From an archaeon (GTDB taxonomy: Archaea; Nanobdellota; Nanobdellia; Woesearchaeales; GW2011-AR9): DNA of 64,000 nt. Under the pieces are notes generated by a model. The model saw only the letters and a program-made list of their open reading frames with translations, was not told the origin of the DNA and did no database searches. The stretch lies in contig JABHSG010000003.1 of the NCBI GenBank assembly GCA_018697095.1, positions 356,839 through 420,838 of the forward strand, read 5' to 3'. The position numbers were made by a program, and so were the translations under genes. Numbering within the stretch: the first letter of the stretch is position 1; every line of letters starts with the position of its first letter. Shown here in pieces: positions 10,769 to 20,716 of the stretch.

Positions 10769-11614
10769 CTATCTACAATCAAATGTTCCATCAGCATCAA
10801 TCCAGATGTTTCCATCTTTGGTGATACAAAGCGCTCCATGGCCACCACTTCTATCTGGCGCTCGTAAAGGAAGATTAGCTACTGCCAGTGCTGACACTGG
10901 GTCGTTTACACCAATTCCAACAACACCGCCCATAATAGCAAGAGTGTTATTTTGTCTTAGTTCATGACCTAAGGTACTTGAAGCAAGACTAATTCCCATA
11001 CTGTGGTCTGCTCCACTAGTAAGAGTCATATCTTCACCTAGTGCAATGGAATAATCAGCTTTGGCCCAACTGTTATATCCTAAAGCAATAGAATTGTCTC
11101 CTTCAGCATGTGAGCTTTCACCAAGTGCCATTGAGTAATCTCCTTCAGCTTCAGTTGCATATCCTAGAGCAGTTGCACCCTCGCCGCTTGCTTCACTGTG
11201 TGCTCCAACAGCTGTTGATTTTCGGCCACTAGCTTCAGCATTAACGGTTGCAAAAGAACGTTCACCACTTGCAACAGAGCCTTCGCCAATTGCAACAGAG
11301 TCGCTTCCACTTGCCTTCGCATTACCACCTATTGCTAGAGAATCAGATCCACTTGCATTTGCTCCATTTCCAATAGCTACAGCAAACCTACCACTAGCTT
11401 CGCACATCCCTCCAATCGCTAGAGATTCTCTGCCAGATGCATCAATTGCATTAAAACTCATAATGCTATCACTTCCAGTTCCTGCGATAAAAAATGGACT
11501 CGCTAGTGCTGACCCTGCCATCATAAATACAGCTAAACCAGCAAAAAGTAACATAAAACCAACCTTATTCCTTCCTACATTTTTTCTTTCTTTTTTCATA
11601 ATTGTTTCCTCCAA
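10769..11614 (-). CDS. secreted repetitive surface protein with YadA-head-like Ser/Ala/Gly repeats
   Basis: Signal/TM at the N-terminus. Tandem degenerate repeats (ASGSDSLAIGG.., ASGERSFATV.., AEGDYSMALGE.., AEGDNSIALGY..) resemble trimeric-autotransporter head motifs or tail-fibre repeats. Confidence 0.45.
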   Translation of the reverse strand: MEETIMKKERKNVGRNKVGFMLLFAGLAVFMMAGSALASPFFIAGTGSDSIMSFNAIDASGRESLAIGGMCEASGRFAVAIGNGANASGSDSLAIGGNAKASGSDSVAIGEGSVASGERSFATVNAEASGRKSTAVGAHSEASGEGATALGYATEAEGDYSMALGESSHAEGDNSIALGYNSWAKADYSIALGEDMTLTSGADHSMGISLASSTLGHELRQNNTLAIMGGVVGIGVNDPVSALAVANLPLRAPDRSGGHGALCITKDGNIWIDADGTFDCR

Positions 11615-11803
11615 ATTGCTGCATTAAACAAGCTTGATTTGCACCAATTCATACTATCTTAATGCAGGAAACTATACTTAGTAGCATCGGGAAACTAAGG
11701 AAACTATCAGTGAGAACAAAGGTAAAACTCCCTAAATTAATGAAAATTAAACACATATGAAAAAAGAAATAATAAAAAATTAAAACAAAAAATAATCAAT
11801 TAT

Positions 11804-13051
11804 CTAACACTTCCCACGAAGGTGACTTGCTGCTAGTACTTTCTTGATACTATACATGTAAGTTGTCATTCGAAAATCATGTTTCTTATCAGCAGCAGAA
11901 TACAATCCCCAGATCTCACTAAATGCAGTCTCCATTTTCTTGCGTAATTTTGCCTCAATAACATCGCTCTCCCAATAATCACCACTACGGTTCTGCACCC
12001 ACTCAAAACAAGATACAGTCACTCCACCAGCATTCGCTAAAATATCAGGCAAGACAAGCACACCAGCATTATGCAAAATGTCATCTGCTGCAGCATTTGT
12101 CGGTCCGTTAGCTAGTTCCAAAACAACCTTTGCTTTAACAGCGCCAGCATTAGATTCAGTAATACTATCTTCAAGAGCCGCAGGAACTAAAATATCACAA
12201 TCAAGCTCCAGTAATTCAGAATTACTAAGAACTTTTACTCCTTCACCACTAAACTCGCTAACACTTTTTTTTTCACCTTTAAGCAAACAAAGCGCTTCAA
12301 CATCAAGTCCACTTGCACATGCAACTGCGCCACGACTATCACTAGCACCAACAACAACAAATCCACGCGCAACAAGTAATTTAGCTGCAGTCATTCCTGC
12401 GTTTCCAAAACCTTGGATAACAACTCGCTTACCAACATTTGATAATTTTGAAATTGCAGCTTCGAGTACATATACTCCACCTAGAGCAGTTGCAATTCCA
12501 CGAACTTTTGATCCACCAACTTCAAGTGGTTTTCCAGTGATTACTCCAGGTGCATGGTGGCCAACATGCTTTTCATATTCATCAAGCATCCAAGCCATTA
12601 TCTGTGGTGTTGTGTAAACATCAGGTGCTGGAATATCTTTGTTAGGTCCAATAAAATCTCCAAATGCACGAATGTAAGCACGACTTAACTCCTCCAGTTC
12701 ACTAACCGATAATTCTTTTGGATTAACACTAATACCTCCTTTTCCTCCACCAAGTGGCAAATCAGTAACTGCGCATTTAAGACTCATCCAAAACGCAAGT
12801 GATGTGACTTCTTCTTCATTAACCTCTGGGTGATATCTGATTCCTCCTTTAGAAGGCCCACGCGCACGACTGTATTGTACTCTCCATGCATCAAACTTTT
12901 TATCACCAACTGATAACTTAGCATGATGTACATGCTCTGGACTTGAAAGAACTGCAACTTCTTTTTCACTCAAACTCATTAATGGTAGAACTTTATCTAA
13001 AAATTGTTTATAACTCATAATATCACCAATCAAAAAAGATCTCCTTTTCAA
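11804..13051 (-). CDS. gdhA: glutamate dehydrogenase (Glu/Leu/Phe/Val dehydrogenase family)
   Basis: Catalytic motif LPLGGGKGGISVNP. Rossmann motif IQGFGNAGMTAAKLL. Length 415 aa. Confidence 0.9.
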   Translation of the reverse strand: MKRRSFLIGDIMSYKQFLDKVLPLMSLSEKEVAVLSSPEHVHHAKLSVGDKKFDAWRVQYSRARGPSKGGIRYHPEVNEEEVTSLAFWMSLKCAVTDLPLGGGKGGISVNPKELSVSELEELSRAYIRAFGDFIGPNKDIPAPDVYTTPQIMAWMLDEYEKHVGHHAPGVITGKPLEVGGSKVRGIATALGGVYVLEAAISKLSNVGKRVVIQGFGNAGMTAAKLLVARGFVVVGASDSRGAVACASGLDVEALCLLKGEKKSVSEFSGEGVKVLSNSELLELDCDILVPAALEDSITESNAGAVKAKVVLELANGPTNAAADDILHNAGVLVLPDILANAGGVTVSCFEWVQNRSGDYWESDVIEAKLRKKMETAFSEIWGLYSAADKKHDFRMTTYMYSIKKVLAASHLRGKC

Positions 13052-13130
13052 TTATAAACATTATGAACTTTAGAAATAATGGTAGTCAAATAAATAAACT
13101 AAAATAAGAAGAAATTAAAAAAAAATAACT

Positions 13131-13730
13131 TTATTCTTGACAAGCCGCTGCGTCACATCCTAAACTACAGGTAACTACAACACTTTGTACCATTCCATTT
13201 TCATTACAATAATATTCTTCTAAATGAACTTCATCATAACAAACATCCGGAAAAACTGCTCCATCATAATGAACTTCACCAGCTACTGCGTATGTGATAA
13301 ATCCACCATTAGGTACTTCAATGTCAACATTCCCTTCATTTTCATCTGAATCAGTACAAGACCTACCTTCATCTAGGTTTGGTATTTTAGTAATTGGAGG
13401 GATATCATCTCCAGGTGTTCCGATCTCTGGGATATCAATAATGTCTTCAACAATACTAACGCTCACATCATTTCCACTTGGATTAGCAGCCTTAATTTTC
13501 AAATTTTGATTTTGTAATTTAAATAATGCTGCTTCTCCTGTAAGTGCAGCATCAGAATCTTCTAATGACAATCCACTTCCACTAAATATCATGATCACAA
13601 TTCCTACAATTGCAACTACGCTAACAAGTAGTATACTATTTTTATTATCCATAAAATTCACCTCAATAATGATTATGTAGCATAAATCATCCAAAATCAG
13701 AATATAAATCTTTGCAAAAAACAAATTCAA
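13131..13730 (-). CDS. secreted cysteine-rich protein (one copy of a C-x-DSD...YYC...GC..C module)
   Basis: The true start is probably Met27 (coordinate 13652), which is followed by a TM/signal. The C-terminal ~70 aa carry 6 Cys in the same pattern as the three repeats in ORF 36682..37797. Confidence 0.5.
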   Translation of the reverse strand: MNLFFAKIYILILDDLCYIIIIEVNFMDNKNSILLVSVVAIVGIVIMIFSGSGLSLEDSDAALTGEAALFKLQNQNLKIKAANPSGNDVSVSIVEDIIDIPEIGTPGDDIPPITKIPNLDEGRSCTDSDENEGNVDIEVPNGGFITYAVAGEVHYDGAVFPDVCYDEVHLEEYYCNENGMVQSVVVTCSLGCDAAACQE

Positions 13731-13786
13731 TAAACTTTGACATTTACTAAATTACAAAAAAATCAATAAATAAAAAAATAAAAAAT

Positions 13787-15442
13787 TTACTCAACAACTA
13801 GTGTTCCAGTCATTCCTCGCCAGTCTTCACAACTGCTACAAGAATATTCAAATTCTCCTGCTGTTGATGCAACAAATGAAACAGCAGTGTCTCCACTAAC
13901 TTCTTGCGATACACCAAGTTCTGCAATTGCAAAAGTAAAGTCAAGTCCTTCAGGCATAATGTTCAAAACAACTGTGTCTCCAACACTAACGCTAATTGAT
14001 CGTGGTTCAAATAACCATCTTTTAGCAGCCAAATCAAAACTAACATCTCCAGAGATAGCTTCTTCTTCCACTGTTTCCTCAGCAGAAGTTTCTTCTTCTA
14101 CAACTGTTTCTTCAACTAAAACAACTTCTTCAGTAGATTCAAGTTCAGCCAAAGCTCGTTCAATAGCAGCTTCAAATTCAGCGTAAGGAAGTGCCCCAGA
14201 AAGCATTTCTCCATTTACAAAAAATGCAGGTGTTCCAGTAACTCCTAGTGATTCACCGTATGCCATATCTGCAAGTACTTCAGCTTCCATAACTGAAGAT
14301 TCAAGGCAAGCGCTAAAAGAATCAACGTCAAGACCTAATTCGCCTGCCCACAGAACATAATTTTCTTCTGACAAATCTTCTTGATTCTCAAAAAGTAAAT
14401 CATGCATCTCGTAGTACATATCTTGTTCACCAGCACACTGCGCAGCTTCAGCTGCTTTTTGTGCACTAGGGTGAGCTGATAATGGAAAGTCTCTATAAAC
14501 CAAATTTACAATTCCTGTATCAATGTAGTTCTCTTCAATTAATGGTAATGTGTCATCAACGAATCTTCTACAAAATGGACATTCGTAATCGCTAAACTCT
14601 ACAATTGTAACAAGTGCATCTGGATTTCCATGAATTGCATTATCTCCAGTTGATACTTCGATTCGATTTACTCCAGATTCAACTTCACTTCCAGCCAATT
14701 CTTCTACAACAACTGTTTCTTCTCCAAGAGCAAACCCTTGTGGGAAAAACAATTCTCCATCCTTACTTACATAAGAATCAATTTCTTGTCCACCAACACT
14801 TAAAGCAACTCTATAAACTTCTCCAACATCTCCACTTTCAGTAACTGTTGCTACAAATGGGTCTGGGAGTAGTTCAGAATTCACATATTCAAGAGCAAGT
14901 CCTTCAGCTTCAGATAAACTAATCTCGCCACCTGAACCAGTTCCAAAATCAAATCCTCCTGTAAATACAGAAATCAATAATAAAATTACCAGTACTCCAC
15001 TAAGTACTGCCCATGCATTTCCACCTGAAAACATCTGTTCAGACTCATCATCCCAACTTCTTGATGAAGAATCTTTAGGACTTTCTTTTTTAGAATCATT
15101 TCCTTGTGAAATAGAAACAACTTCTACTTTTGGAGTTTGCATAGCTGCTTCTACTTTAGAAGGTACGTCTTCAATATCATCAATACTAATTGCTTTTGGT
15201 GCAGCTTTTTCAATAGTAATACTACTTTTTTTAGCAGAAACCTTAGGTTTTTCAACTTTAGAACTACTACTTGCTTTTCTAGCACTAGCTACTTTCTTTA
15301 CTTTTTGTGCTTTTTCAGCACTACTTGTCTCCTTTGAAGGAGTTTTATTTTCAGTTTTTTTTCCGACCATAGGGTATTCCTCCTCCACCACCTCTTCGGC
15401 TAAAAAGGATTCTTCGATCTCACTAATTGCTTTTTGTTCCAT
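13787..15442 (-). CDS. membrane-anchored DsbA-like thiol:disulfide oxidoreductase with Lys-rich N-tail and C-terminal cupredoxin-like domain
   Basis: The active site CPFC sits in a thioredoxin/DsbA context (FSDYECPFCRRF). There is a single TM. The C-terminal ~100 aa (DTVVLNIMPEG...EFEYSCSSCEDWRGMTGTLVV) looks like a cupredoxin β-sandwich. Confidence 0.55.
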   Translation of the reverse strand: MEQKAISEIEESFLAEEVVEEEYPMVGKKTENKTPSKETSSAEKAQKVKKVASARKASSSSKVEKPKVSAKKSSITIEKAAPKAISIDDIEDVPSKVEAAMQTPKVEVVSISQGNDSKKESPKDSSSRSWDDESEQMFSGGNAWAVLSGVLVILLLISVFTGGFDFGTGSGGEISLSEAEGLALEYVNSELLPDPFVATVTESGDVGEVYRVALSVGGQEIDSYVSKDGELFFPQGFALGEETVVVEELAGSEVESGVNRIEVSTGDNAIHGNPDALVTIVEFSDYECPFCRRFVDDTLPLIEENYIDTGIVNLVYRDFPLSAHPSAQKAAEAAQCAGEQDMYYEMHDLLFENQEDLSEENYVLWAGELGLDVDSFSACLESSVMEAEVLADMAYGESLGVTGTPAFFVNGEMLSGALPYAEFEAAIERALAELESTEEVVLVEETVVEEETSAEETVEEEAISGDVSFDLAAKRWLFEPRSISVSVGDTVVLNIMPEGLDFTFAIAELGVSQEVSGDTAVSFVASTAGEFEYSCSSCEDWRGMTGTLVVE

Positions 15443-15624
15443 ACCATCACCTTGTTTTGTGATTTCGCCAAGAAATGAATATTTAAAGATTTAGCTAATA
15501 CAGATCACAAAAAAATTGTTTGTAATACTCTTATACTGCCTTAAAAAAACATTATCTAAAAAGAAATTAACTTTTTACTTTAGCAAATATTTCTAGAAAA
15601 TAAAATGACAACTATCAAAAATAA

Positions 15625-16398
15625 CTATTGCAAACCACTCATTTGATTTCCTATTTGCATGTTCTTACAAGCGCTAACATTCAAATTCCTATGGTCCAGT
15701 GTAAAAACAGTTGATTCCGGGGCTTCTACCCAAATGAATTCATCATGGCCAAGTAAAACTTCACTACTCACAATTGTGCACCTTTCATTACTTCCAATAT
15801 GCATAGTGTAATATCTTCTAGCTTCACTTTCTTTAACCATCACATAACTTTTATCTTTAGAAGATAAAATCACATTAGTTCCATGTGGAGTATCAAGCAA
15901 ACTTACGCATTCAGATACTGATTCTCCAATCCCTTTATTCTTGCTTAAACTTAATATTTGAAAAAATATTTGCTCAGAATCAGTTTCACTTTTAGTTTTA
16001 AAACTAGGACAATAATTAATTTCAGAAGGGACATATCCATTATGACAAAATACGAACTCTCCAACATCATTTCTATCAATGTAAAAAGGATGGTTATTTT
16101 TCAAAGCAGGGACACTCCCTTTAGCGTACCTAATATGTATCATTAAGTATTTTGTTTTAAGACTTCTAAACCACTGAACTTGTACATCGTCATATATAGC
16201 AGCTTCAGATTTGAATCTTCTCCATTTGCCTTGTGGGTCCAAATAAGATATCCCCCACCCATCTTGGTGTTTAAAACTCCCTTTCCCTAGGGTAGCATTG
16301 CGCTCATGGTCTTGAGTCTGATCTTTTGCCATAGCTATTGCTGCATCAAAAAGTTTAGAACTACTAAATTCACCAACTGCTACTAACATCCGACACAT
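15625..16398 (-). CDS. class II (Ntn-type) glutamine amidotransferase domain protein
   Basis: Begins MCRMLVAVGE, i.e. Cys2 as the N-terminal nucleophile, which is typical of GATase-II/YafJ-like proteins. Confidence 0.6.
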   Translation of the reverse strand: MCRMLVAVGEFSSSKLFDAAIAMAKDQTQDHERNATLGKGSFKHQDGWGISYLDPQGKWRRFKSEAAIYDDVQVQWFRSLKTKYLMIHIRYAKGSVPALKNNHPFYIDRNDVGEFVFCHNGYVPSEINYCPSFKTKSETDSEQIFFQILSLSKNKGIGESVSECVSLLDTPHGTNVILSSKDKSYVMVKESEARRYYTMHIGSNERCTIVSSEVLLGHDEFIWVEAPESTVFTLDHRNLNVSACKNMQIGNQMSGLQ

Positions 16399-16821
16399 CT
16401 ATCTACCTCTTTTAAGAATAAACAAAGTCTATTCTCAAATAATCAACCAAACCAGTATACAAAAAACTACACTTTAGAAACTAACAAAGAATAATGTATA
16501 TTTAAAGATTATGGAGTAAATATCACTAATGTAGGCAAAATCAAGCAAAATATGGCTAATCTCGAACAATTTGGCAGTTATATTTTGGCCAATTCGTAAA
16601 AAAACAATGTTTAATCGACTTATCAAACTCCTTTTCTGTTCATAACTACTAAAAATAAAAAATCTAAGGTAAGCTTTATAAATCACCGGGCGTCCAAAGC
16701 AAAGATCCTACTTTAGCTAGTATATCAATTACGCATTGCAAGCAAAAAACAATTGTGGGACAACATGCAGCCATGAGGAATCACTGTATGTTGAGAACGA
16801 CCCTTATCGAGGAATACTAAT

Positions 16822-17556
16822 ATGGCAAAAAAACAAAAAAAAGATACAAAAATTAAGATTAAAAAGAAAGTATGGTACAATGTTGTAGCTCCAAAAAGTT
16901 TCAACCATAAAGAAATAGGTGAAACCTATTTAGAAAACCCTGATAAAGGTCTTAATCGTAAGATGACTGTTTCTTTAAAAGATTTGACTGGGTCAATGCG
17001 TGATCAAAACGTTCAAATTCAATTAAAACTTTCAGAAGTAAAAGGAACTTCTTTGCACACAATTCCAATTGGTTATAATGTAGTGTCAACTTTTGTAAAG
17101 CGCCTTGTTAGAAAACGAACTTCCAGACTTGACGATGTTTTTACTTTAAACACTAAAAATGGAAAACCAGTTGTTCTTAAGATGTTAATTGTGACTTACG
17201 GTCATGTAAACAAATCTATGGCAACAACTTTGCGTATGAAAGTTAGATCTTTAATGCAAGATCAGATGCAAAAAACTGATTTTGAAACTCTTGTTTCAAG
17301 CCTTGTATCATTAAAAATACAAAGCCCAATTAAACGCACAGTGAACAAATTTTTCCCAATTAAAGAAGTGCTTGTACGTAGTGCTCATTTAGTTGACGAA
17401 GATAAAGCTCGTCGTGTAAAAGAATCTGTGATTAACGAAGTTGTTGACAACCGAGTTAAAGTAGAAAGTTTTGAAGAGCCGCTTGTAAACGTCGATGAAA
17501 ACAAAGATGAAGCAGCACAAGAAACTACCACAGAATCTGCAGATGATCAAGAATAA
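16822..17556 (+). CDS. rps3ae: 30S ribosomal protein S3Ae (eS1)
   Basis: KKVWYNVVAPKSF...NRKMTVSLKDLTG is the S3Ae signature. The acidic C-tail is also typical. Confidence 0.9.
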   Translation: MAKKQKKDTKIKIKKKVWYNVVAPKSFNHKEIGETYLENPDKGLNRKMTVSLKDLTGSMRDQNVQIQLKLSEVKGTSLHTIPIGYNVVSTFVKRLVRKRTSRLDDVFTLNTKNGKPVVLKMLIVTYGHVNKSMATTLRMKVRSLMQDQMQKTDFETLVSSLVSLKIQSPIKRTVNKFFPIKEVLVRSAHLVDEDKARRVKESVINEVVDNRVKVESFEEPLVNVDENKDEAAQETTTESADDQE

Positions 17557-17619
17557 ACTTATTTTTTTATTTTCTTTTATTTTCAACTAATACAAACTAC
17601 AAAAAACCAGGATATTAAA

Positions 17620-18213
17620 ATGAAATTCCTTCTATTCTCAGACGTTCATGATGACATCAAACAAACAAAAAAGCTACTGCAAAGAGCCCACGAAAAAAAA
17701 GTAGATATTATTATTGTCCCTGGAGATTTTACTGAATTCGATACTGGGCTTCGTAGGATGCTAAAAATGTTTAATGAAACAAAGTTGCCAGTTTATGTTC
17801 TTCACGGTAACCACGAGAACCTTGAAAAATTAGAATCTACAATTAAAGATTATCCTAACTTAACACTTTTTCACAAAGACCATTTTATTGTTGATGACAT
17901 TGTGTTTTTAGGTTATGGTGGAGATGGTTTTTCCAGGCAAGATTCTGAATTTAGAAAAATTGCAAGAACTTGGTATGGCAAATTCAAAGATAAAAGAGTT
18001 GTTCTAATAACGCACGGTCCACCATACAAAACAAAATTAGACAAACTAAAAGCAGGTCATGTTGGGAACATGGACTACCGAATTTTCATTGAAAGAATTA
18101 AACCCCTTATGGCAATTAGTGGGCATCTGCACGACACTATGGGCGAACAAGACGAAATAGGAGACACTATCTTACTAAACCCATGTTGGGAAGGCGTAAT
18201 CATCGAATTATGA
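17620..18213 (+). CDS. calcineurin-like metallophosphoesterase
   Basis: Motifs SDVHDD, VPGDFTEF, HGNHEN, ITHGPP and GHLH. Confidence 0.75.
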   Translation: MKFLLFSDVHDDIKQTKKLLQRAHEKKVDIIIVPGDFTEFDTGLRRMLKMFNETKLPVYVLHGNHENLEKLESTIKDYPNLTLFHKDHFIVDDIVFLGYGGDGFSRQDSEFRKIARTWYGKFKDKRVVLITHGPPYKTKLDKLKAGHVGNMDYRIFIERIKPLMAISGHLHDTMGEQDEIGDTILLNPCWEGVIIEL

Positions 18214-18306
18214 AAGTAAAAAAACGACACCACTGGGCCAAGTAACTCCTCCAAAGTAATAACTTGACTAAAGTTTATAAATGGGCTTCTAATTTACTAA
18301 CTACTA

Positions 18307-18951
18307 ATGGCATATGATGACAAAGACCTTGAAAGAATTTTAGAAGTTGCTAAGACTGTATCTATGGGTGCCGGGTTTGAACCAGATAATTTTGAACTTG
18401 TTTATCGTGCCGCAGTCGCCATGGTACAAAAAGAAAAAGCTGCAGATGTAGCTAACCTATATGGAAACCTTGGATTAAACGCATTTTTAGTTAGGTCTTT
18501 TCAAATGGGTGTAATAAAATTTGGAACACATTCAAAGATTATCCCCTGCGCAGTTGGGTGGAGTGATCCTATAAGGGAAATAATTAATCATGAATTTGAC
18601 ACAGACTTAAGTGAACGAAAACGTGGGGATGGCAATGTTTACGTTTGGTTAGGTTTAGATACTCAAGGAAATGGGCTCATACAAAGTTATGGTAATGCTC
18701 ATTCTGATGGAGTACATAGGATAAATATGCATTATTTTGCAGCAGTAGGAAATTACGATAAATTACTTGGAGTTGTTGATTCATTTAGAAGCGATCCTTC
18801 AAATATGTCTACATTTGTCAAGAGTGCATTTGGTTGGAAAAATGAAGTGCCAAGACATATGGGTGGTCAACCAGATTTGTACACTCGTATGGAAAGATTA
18901 TATTTAAAAGTTGGAACTAACAACGTAGAATCAATTCAAATCAAACGATAA
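18307..18951 (+). CDS. hypothetical protein
   Basis: 214-aa ORF with no motif recognised. Locally GC-richer codons. Confidence 0.4.
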   Translation: MAYDDKDLERILEVAKTVSMGAGFEPDNFELVYRAAVAMVQKEKAADVANLYGNLGLNAFLVRSFQMGVIKFGTHSKIIPCAVGWSDPIREIINHEFDTDLSERKRGDGNVYVWLGLDTQGNGLIQSYGNAHSDGVHRINMHYFAAVGNYDKLLGVVDSFRSDPSNMSTFVKSAFGWKNEVPRHMGGQPDLYTRMERLYLKVGTNNVESIQIKR

Positions 18952-18980
18952 TTTTTCTAAATTAATTTTCTTCATTACTA

Positions 18981-19967
18981 CTATTTTTCTCTTTTTTCAA
19001 CTGATTCGCTATCTTCTTTATCTACGCTAGCAGCAATTGCTTCCATGAAAACTTTACTTGTTGCTACAGCCAAACCCTTTTTCTCAGTCGAAATTTGCAC
19101 GGCGCTCATAAGTGCTTCTCCAACGCAAACTAATTCGCCCTTCAAACTCATAACAGCTACTATCTCTCCAAGTTTAAAATTCTCCATCTTAGAAATTCCT
19201 GGGGCTCCTAAATCACGTCCATGGGACAAACTCTCAAGTGCAGAATCAAACACATAGATCTTCTTAAAATCGCGTACAGCTCTCTCTATTGGCCAAAGGC
19301 AATGCCGTAAATAGGTTTCATCCCCATGTTCCTTGTAATAAAAAAGAGCATCACGTAAATCATCGCATGTTACTAAGTGGTCTTCCTCGCGAAATGGTCC
19401 AGCTTGAGAGCGACGAAGTTCTTGCATCTGTGCTCCTATATTCATTTTTTTACCAATATCAGTACATAGTTTTCGAATATAAGTTCCAGCTTCACAAAGA
19501 ACACGAAACAAAACATCTCGGTTATCAATTTCCAAAATTTCAAGCTCATAAATTTCACGAGTCCGCAATTGACGTTTAACTGCTGAGCGTACAGGAGGTA
19601 ATTGCTGAATTTTCCCAATAAAACCAGCCATAACTTTGCGGATTTCTTCATGCTCAATGTTATCTTTATGCAAATGCATAATGCAAATGTATTCTTTAGG
19701 TGACTTAAGTAAATATTGAACTACTTTGGTAGCTCTTCCAATAGCTACTGGTTGTACTCCAGTCACCATTGGGTCCAATGTTCCTGAATGCCCAGCCTTT
19801 TTCAGACCTAAAATTTTTTGAACGTAATCTGAAACTTGGTGTGATGTAGGCCCAGCTTGTTTATCGATATTCACAACTGCAAAAGATAGAAGTTCATCTA
19901 CAGTCCGACTATAAGGCTCGCAGCCAATTTCGCCAACAGCTTCCTCAATCACAATCATATCAGTCAT
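18981..19967 (-). CDS. truB: tRNA/rRNA pseudouridine synthase Cbf5 (TruB family) with PUA domain
   Basis: Catalytic motif GHSGTLDPMVTGV. TruB core followed by a C-terminal PUA, giving an archaeal Cbf5 architecture. Confidence 0.9.
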   Translation of the reverse strand: MTDMIVIEEAVGEIGCEPYSRTVDELLSFAVVNIDKQAGPTSHQVSDYVQKILGLKKAGHSGTLDPMVTGVQPVAIGRATKVVQYLLKSPKEYICIMHLHKDNIEHEEIRKVMAGFIGKIQQLPPVRSAVKRQLRTREIYELEILEIDNRDVLFRVLCEAGTYIRKLCTDIGKKMNIGAQMQELRRSQAGPFREEDHLVTCDDLRDALFYYKEHGDETYLRHCLWPIERAVRDFKKIYVFDSALESLSHGRDLGAPGISKMENFKLGEIVAVMSLKGELVCVGEALMSAVQISTEKKGLAVATSKVFMEAIAASVDKEDSESVEKREK

Positions 19968-20051
19968 AGTACAAACAAGAATTAGTCTTAGTTAAAAAGC
20001 TTGCGAGCAAAAGATTCTCACTTTTACTTATATCAAAAATAAAAAATGAAA

Positions 20052-20597
20052 TTATGATCCATTTTTAATAAAATGAATATCTTTACAGACATCTTCCAAA
20101 AGGCTTATTCTTTCCCTTGCAATTTCACCAGTTTCAATATAAAGTCTAACTTGTCCATTATCTCCTGTCCATGGGCCACAACTATAATCTTTTGAATGTA
20201 TTTCATCACTACACTGATATCCTTTATTTGGTGTTTCACGATCAATTAATCTCATACTTTCTGGCGTATCAAACATACGTCCATTTCCCTTATCAATTGC
20301 ATAAAACAAAATGATGTCTTCCCACCTATCGTGGGCAGATTTTGTATATGTTCCAAACATCACTTCAAAGCAAACATCTGGATGAACTTTTCTTATCTCT
20401 TCAATATCTATTTTCCTCTTGGCATATACAATTCCCAATTGTTCTTGACAAATTACCTTGGTTTTACTTTGCTCGTCGCTTCTATCACCATCATTAACCC
20501 ACCATCTTGAGATATTTTCGTTTTCAACAACAAATTTTCTACGAATACCAATATATCTCATGTTTCCTATTCTAAATTCTCTTTCCATGTTAATCAC
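20052..20597 (-). CDS. hypothetical protein
   Basis: 181-aa ORF with no motif recognised. Confidence 0.35.
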   Translation of the reverse strand: MINMEREFRIGNMRYIGIRRKFVVENENISRWWVNDGDRSDEQSKTKVICQEQLGIVYAKRKIDIEEIRKVHPDVCFEVMFGTYTKSAHDRWEDIILFYAIDKGNGRMFDTPESMRLIDRETPNKGYQCSDEIHSKDYSCGPWTGDNGQVRLYIETGEIARERISLLEDVCKDIHFIKNGS

Positions 20598-20716
20598 TCC
20601 TCCTTAATAGTATTTCATATAAATCTCATTTTTTAAGAAATTATCTTCGAAATATACATAAAACATATAACTATAACTTACTTATTAGTAATTATATCCC
20701 AAAATGAGTGTAAAAA

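Noticed and set aside
12078-12617. 179-aa antisense ORF inside gdhA, and similar shadow ORFs (2766..2990, 13294..13509, 13887..14186, 14614..14844, 19045..19579, 25664..26090, 26824..27187, 33239..33773, 47635..48031, 49606..49932, 51108..51512, 61048..61296 and others)
   Set aside because: They are embedded antisense in or overlapping strongly supported genes and are low-complexity. They are typical shadow ORFs from six-frame translation.
16399-16821. 423-bp gap upstream of rps3ae containing a 70-aa ORF (16474..16686)
   Set aside because: The ORF is low-complexity, AT-rich, and lacks any motif, so it is probably non-coding. I could not fold a convincing tRNA, SRP RNA or RNase P RNA by eye. 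An ncRNA cannot be excluded without an Infernal scan.
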